A stretch of DNA of 10,752 nt from positions 1 to 10,752 of the forward strand of contig JAEOTC010000043.1 of assembly GCA_016840035.1 (NCBI GenBank). Reading direction: 5' to 3'. Shown here in pieces: positions 7,086-10,752 of the stretch (position 1 is its first letter; each line of letters opens with the position of its first letter). Made by a program: the position numbers and the translations under genes. The DNA comes from Candidatus Hodarchaeota archaeon (GTDB taxonomy: Archaea > Asgardarchaeota > Heimdallarchaeia > Hodarchaeales > Hodarchaeaceae). The notes beneath the pieces are model-generated. The model worked only from the letters and a program-made list of their open reading frames with translations. It was not told where the DNA came from and did not search any database.

Positions 7086-8519
7086 CTAGAACCTTCGAAA
7101 CATCAAATAAGCCGATCCTATGAATAGACTTCCCAGTAAGAATATCAGAGAAAATTTAATTATCCAATGGTTCATTGAAGATCCAGTACTATCATGAAAA
7201 TCTCCTCCTATCTTAATAACCAATGCCCCTGCAGGGACACTAGTTGTATACCCGAAAATTACTAATCCGCCATCAAAAGTTTCAAGAATATCAAAAGCAA
7301 CTTCATCATATTCTGTACCGAATGTCATGTTCCATTGAAGAACACCAAGAGAATTGAGTTTAAGAATCCAGAAATCGAATTGACCTCCCCCATAAGAATC
7401 CGTTTTACCAACAACAGCATATCCCCCATCAGTTGTATGTGTAATAGCGTAAGCCCTTTCAAGACTAGCTCCTCCATAAGTATAGTTCCATTCAGAAGCC
7501 CCATCATCATCTACTTTTATTATCCAAAAATCCATTCCACTATCTACTTGCCATTCATTCGCATTTCCTGCAAGTATATAACCACCATCTGTTGCAGGAA
7601 TTAAGTCACGACTATTTTCTGAAGGGCTTATACCATATTGAAGATTTATGTTATATGTGCGGTTCCACACCATATCTCCATTTGCATCCGTTTTCACTAG
7701 CCACGCGTCCTGAAAATAGATCATATCATCAACGATTGTGTGTCCTGTAAAGAGAAAACCATCAGAGATCTGTATAATCGCTTCGGCCTCATCCCAGTCT
7801 GGAAATCCGAACGTTTTATTCCATTGAAGATTTCCTTCTGAATCGGTTTTCAATAACCAAGCATCAAAGTATCCATTTAATCCAAATGAGGCTGACGTGC
7901 CAACAATGGCGTACCCTCCATCAGTCGTTTGAATAATTGCATTGGCTTGATCATCTGAAATCCCACCATAAGTATGATTCCATAACAAATTCCCTTTTTG
8001 ATCTGTTTTGATCATCCAGGCATCAGTTCCTCCAGCACCAAATGAGTTTGTAATTCCAACGAGGATAAATCCTCCATCTTTTGCTTCAATAAGGGAAAAT
8101 CCTACATCATCTTCTCTTCCTCCAAAGGTTTGATTCCATTCCATTTTGCCATTTACATCGGTTTTAACAAACCAAAAATCTTCTTTTCCTGCCCCTGGTG
8201 CGTCACCTATAAATGCTAATCCTCCATCCCTTGTTTCCACCCCTGAGTATGCACGTTCATCTGTTTGATGATCATAAACCCCATATGTATAATTCCAGAG
8301 AATTTCGGGAGGTTCAAAGCTTTGAACTAAAAATTCTGAATGTTTCCTATGTGTATGTTCTTTTAATGTTGTATTAGGAAATGAATGAAAGATCATATAT
8401 GGACTTATGATAATCATGAGATAGAGATTAAAGAGAAGAAAATAGGCAACTAAACAATGAAGATATCTTTGCACAATTTTTTTGGATACTGATGAGTTGT
8501 ATACCAAGATTGTCACCAT
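7086..8519 (-). CDS. Membrane-anchored 7-bladed beta-propeller surface protein (N-terminal signal/TM, C-terminal TM)
   Basis: Seven ~52-aa repeats of consensus WNxT[YF]GG..D.A..I..T.DGG[YF]...G.T....D[FA]W..K.D..G. Hydrophobic N-terminal segment; C-terminal TM followed by FRRF. Start uncertain (ATG 8519, or TTG 8507 preceded by GGTGA). Confidence 0.85.
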   Translation of the reverse strand: MVTILVYNSSVSKKIVQRYLHCLVAYFLLFNLYLMIIISPYMIFHSFPNTTLKEHTHRKHSEFLVQSFEPPEILWNYTYGVYDHQTDERAYSGVETRDGGLAFIGDAPGAGKEDFWFVKTDVNGKMEWNQTFGGREDDVGFSLIEAKDGGFILVGITNSFGAGGTDAWMIKTDQKGNLLWNHTYGGISDDQANAIIQTTDGGYAIVGTSASFGLNGYFDAWLLKTDSEGNLQWNKTFGFPDWDEAEAIIQISDGFLFTGHTIVDDMIYFQDAWLVKTDANGDMVWNRTYNINLQYGISPSENSRDLIPATDGGYILAGNANEWQVDSGMDFWIIKVDDDGASEWNYTYGGASLERAYAITHTTDGGYAVVGKTDSYGGGQFDFWILKLNSLGVLQWNMTFGTEYDEVAFDILETFDGGLVIFGYTTSVPAGALVIKIGGDFHDSTGSSMNHWIIKFSLIFLLGSLFIGSAYLMFRRF

Positions 8520-8727
8520 TCATGAATTTTCTCATGCTTTTGGTGTATGAGATGAAAGTCCTAAAGAAGAGTATAATATTTTAGTGGAACAAATAACATT
8601 TTTTATGATGATTACTTCGTATACCACGTTCAACAAATTAATGATTGGATACATCCCTCTAAATATCTTTAACAATCTAACACTTCGATAAAAAACAATA
8701 TTGAATGATTATGCAAATGATGTTAAA

Positions 8728-9498
8728 ATGAATACATTTCCAAGCACAGGAGAAAAGTCTGTCAGCAGGTTAAAAATACTATTGGTCTTTTGTCTCGCTA
8801 TTGGAATTCCATTCATACCTCTTGGAATGAGGATTTACATTGATTTAACCACTGTCCCCAATTCTTTTGACAATATGTTGGTGTTTAAGTCATCTGGTTA
8901 TCTCGAGTTTAGAGATCAAATTTTGGGGGATTTTCAAACTCCCAAATCATATGGTAATTTGTCAATTAGTGTTGATAACAGGAGTGTTTCCATATATTCT
9001 GACGGAGTTTTAGTAGAGCTAGGGCATCTAATCATTCCCAGTAATTCATTTTATCCTTTTTACACTTATTCGGTTGATTATGCAAACCAATCGATGGTTA
9101 TCCTTAATAATACGAATAACAAATTTAAATGGTGGCTATTCAGGATTGATCCTGATTCATTTAAAGGAATCTATCATATTCCTGTATTTATTTCGAATAG
9201 TACAGTGCCTTTTTGCAGAAGTTTCGCTCAGATAGGATATTATGATACACTTTTTTCTCTGAATCACAGCGTGATTATTGAACCAGTTGTTGTTTTTGAT
9301 CATTCTTCCGCTTCACCTCCTTTAACCTATGAGTTTTTCTCTTATTCCCATTTTAAGTACGTTAATAACCTAACCGCGGAACGATGGATTCACATTACTT
9401 ATAACGAATCGGGGTATCTTACAGATCTTCTAGAGAGATATCATTTTTCTTGGAATTCTTCTTACTTTAGCTGTTCAACTCTATGGGAACGATATTAG
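8728..9498 (+). CDS. Hypothetical membrane-anchored/exported glycoprotein
   Basis: Long ORF (track start TTG 8701; first ATG 8728) with a basic-then-hydrophobic N-terminus (RLKILLVFCLAIGIPFIPLGM) and nine N-x-S/T sequons. Divergent from the propeller gene. No family recognised. Confidence 0.7.
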   Translation: MNTFPSTGEKSVSRLKILLVFCLAIGIPFIPLGMRIYIDLTTVPNSFDNMLVFKSSGYLEFRDQILGDFQTPKSYGNLSISVDNRSVSIYSDGVLVELGHLIIPSNSFYPFYTYSVDYANQSMVILNNTNNKFKWWLFRIDPDSFKGIYHIPVFISNSTVPFCRSFAQIGYYDTLFSLNHSVIIEPVVVFDHSSASPPLTYEFFSYSHFKYVNNLTAERWIHITYNESGYLTDLLERYHFSWNSSYFSCSTLWERY

Positions 9499-9865
9499 TG
9501 TTAAAGCATTGAACAGGAGAAAAATCGTGATTGCTACTGCGACCGCAGACATTCATTCAGAAATCGAAAACAAATCGAATTTCAACATCTTAGTGGTCAA
9601 CATTTTTGATTTAGCTAAAAAAATTCATCATTTTCTGAAAATCTCAAATCTGTCAATAAAAAATACGCTAAAAAAGTTGCTAGGTACTAATTTAGTTAAT
9701 TTAGGACAATTTTATGAGTCTTTAATGAGTAAAAAGAATATTTCAATCTCTTTTACTGTGGAAATTAGAATAAATCAACCCAAGAAAGCAAACTATACTC
9801 GTCTTACGTCCATCCTTCATGATATTGAACTTCGGTTTATTGAACTGACTTCCTAAAAGAGGTGG

Positions 9866-9910
9866 AGGGAGGATCAACCTCTACAAAGATCCTCCCTTTT
9901 TTCTTTTTTT
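9866..9910 (+). terminator. Strong stem-loop plus U-tract (intrinsic terminator-like)
   Basis: AGGGAGGATC (9866-9875) pairs perfectly with GATCCTCCCT (9888-9897) around a 12-nt loop, followed by TTTTTCTTTTTTT (9898-9910). Confidence 0.65.
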
Positions 9911-10020
9911 CGCGTTCATCATCAGAATCATATTTACGAAACAGTGTTCTCCTATCTGATTCCTGTCTGAATAAAAATGCCTCCACCAGACGATTTTTAT
10001 GCAAATGATTTTTTCCATCC

Positions 10021-10752
10021 TTATCTTGTTCGGAACACATAACCAAATAATAGAACAGTTATTAAGATCATTCCCAGTAATAAATAGAAAACAGGACTAT
10101 CTTCATCTTTAGGCGAAAACAATTTACCTCCGACTTTGATTACGAGAAAATCGTTTTGGTATACATCAAGTTCTTTGATTGAACCTACCATAACCAGTCC
10201 TCCATCGGATGTTTCGATGAGGTCAAAGCACTGATCACTTGTAGGCCCTCCATATGTCTGATTCCATTGATGATTTCCCTGCGAATCAGTTCTCACTAGC
10301 CAGAAGTCGAATGAACCATTTCCGAATGAAAATGTTTTTCCTGCTAGAACAAAACCATGGTCATTGGTTTGAATAACAGAATAAGCTTTATCTAACTTCG
10401 GACCTCCGAACGTGCGATTCCATAGATGTTTTCCCTGGGCATCGATCTTTAATAACCAATAATCCATCCCCATATCCAAATCATCTAGTAAAGTTTCTCC
10501 TGTAATCACATACTCCTCATCGTTAACTTTTATTATATCTCGGCCTCGGTCATTCCAACTGTTACCATACAGGTGTGTCCAATTAAGATTTCCAAAACTG
10601 TCAGTTTTTCCTACCCACAGGTCTGAGTGGATGCTTTCAAAATGCTCATAGGTCTCTCCCACGAATAAATACCCATTATCTTCAATTTGAATCAGTGAGT
10701 GAATCTCATCCCAATTTGACCCTCCATAGGTTTTATTCCATTCAGGATTACC
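10021..10752 (-). CDS. Second membrane-anchored beta-propeller protein, 5'-truncated by the window edge (paralog of 7086-8519)
   Basis: The frame stays open past the track's GTG 10662 to 10752 (GNPEWNKTYGGSNWDEIHSLIQIEDNGYLFVGET...). Four repeats are visible, ending LVIKVGG + TM + FRTR, the same layout as the first propeller. Confidence 0.85.
   Translation of the reverse strand, partial: GNPEWNKTYGGSNWDEIHSLIQIEDNGYLFVGETYEHFESIHSDLWVGKTDSFGNLNWTHLYGNSWNDRGRDIIKVNDEEYVITGETLLDDLDMGMDYWLLKIDAQGKHLWNRTFGGPKLDKAYSVIQTNDHGFVLAGKTFSFGNGSFDFWLVRTDSQGNHQWNQTYGGPTSDQCFDLIETSDGGLVMVGSIKELDVYQNDFLVIKVGGKLFSPKDEDSPVFYLLLGMILITVLLFGYVFRTR

Noticed and set aside
7325-7604. ORFs 7325-7510 (-) and 7335-7604 (+)
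   Set aside because: Entirely within the propeller gene; shadow frames.
9823-9846. ATTGAAC repeats resembling CRISPR repeat ends
   Set aside because: Only two 9-nt copies 15 nt apart; no repeat-spacer periodicity and no cas genes.
9819-9848. SECIS- or K-turn-like AUGA...UGA pairing
   Set aside because: No apical AA motif, poor flanking helix, and no gene in the window needs UGA readthrough.
9509-9856. Full 115-aa plus-strand ORF
   Set aside because: TTG start and a K/N/I/L-biased composition typical of AT-rich non-coding DNA, with no motif. Only the last 43 codons are kept as a weak candidate.
9858-9897. Resemblance to a preQ1-I riboswitch (AGAGG/CCUCU stem plus A-rich linker)
   Set aside because: Lacks the conserved loop nucleotides and long A-tract, and there is no downstream que/transporter gene.
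9908-9925. Hammerhead-like CUGAUGA...GAAA on the minus strand
   Set aside because: The intervening UGAACGC cannot form stem II, and no convincing stems I or III flank it.
9837-10046. 69-aa minus-strand ORF with an in-frame A_AAA_AAG slippery site (9909-9903) 5 nt before a stem-loop
   Set aside because: Resembles a -1 frameshift cassette, but the -1 frame stops within about ten codons and the A-run is simply the complement of the terminator U-tract.

Overview
AT-rich prokaryotic window, most likely archaeal. GGTGA/AGGTGAT-type ribosome-binding sites, T-tract terminators and sequon-rich membrane proteins suggest this; an Asgard/Heimdallarchaeia-like origin is only an inference. The left two-thirds (minus strand) is a fatty-acid/acyl-CoA oxidation electron-transfer cluster: acyl-CoA dehydrogenase, etfB, etfA, then a separately terminated FadF/EtfD-type membrane Fe-S ETF:quinone oxidoreductase and a YegS/DgkB-family lipid kinase. 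A 32-codon single-TM ORF missing from the ORF track sits on the plus strand inside this cluster, with its own RBS and T-tract. The right third holds cell-surface genes. Two paralogous membrane-anchored beta-propeller proteins (one complete with 7 blades, one cut by the window end) carry an N-glycosylation sequon in every visible blade. Between them lie an orphan sequon-rich membrane protein and a structured element at 9812-9910 (cUUCGg hairpin, potential H-type pseudoknot or terminator switch). No rRNA, tRNA, CRISPR array or transposase was recognised.
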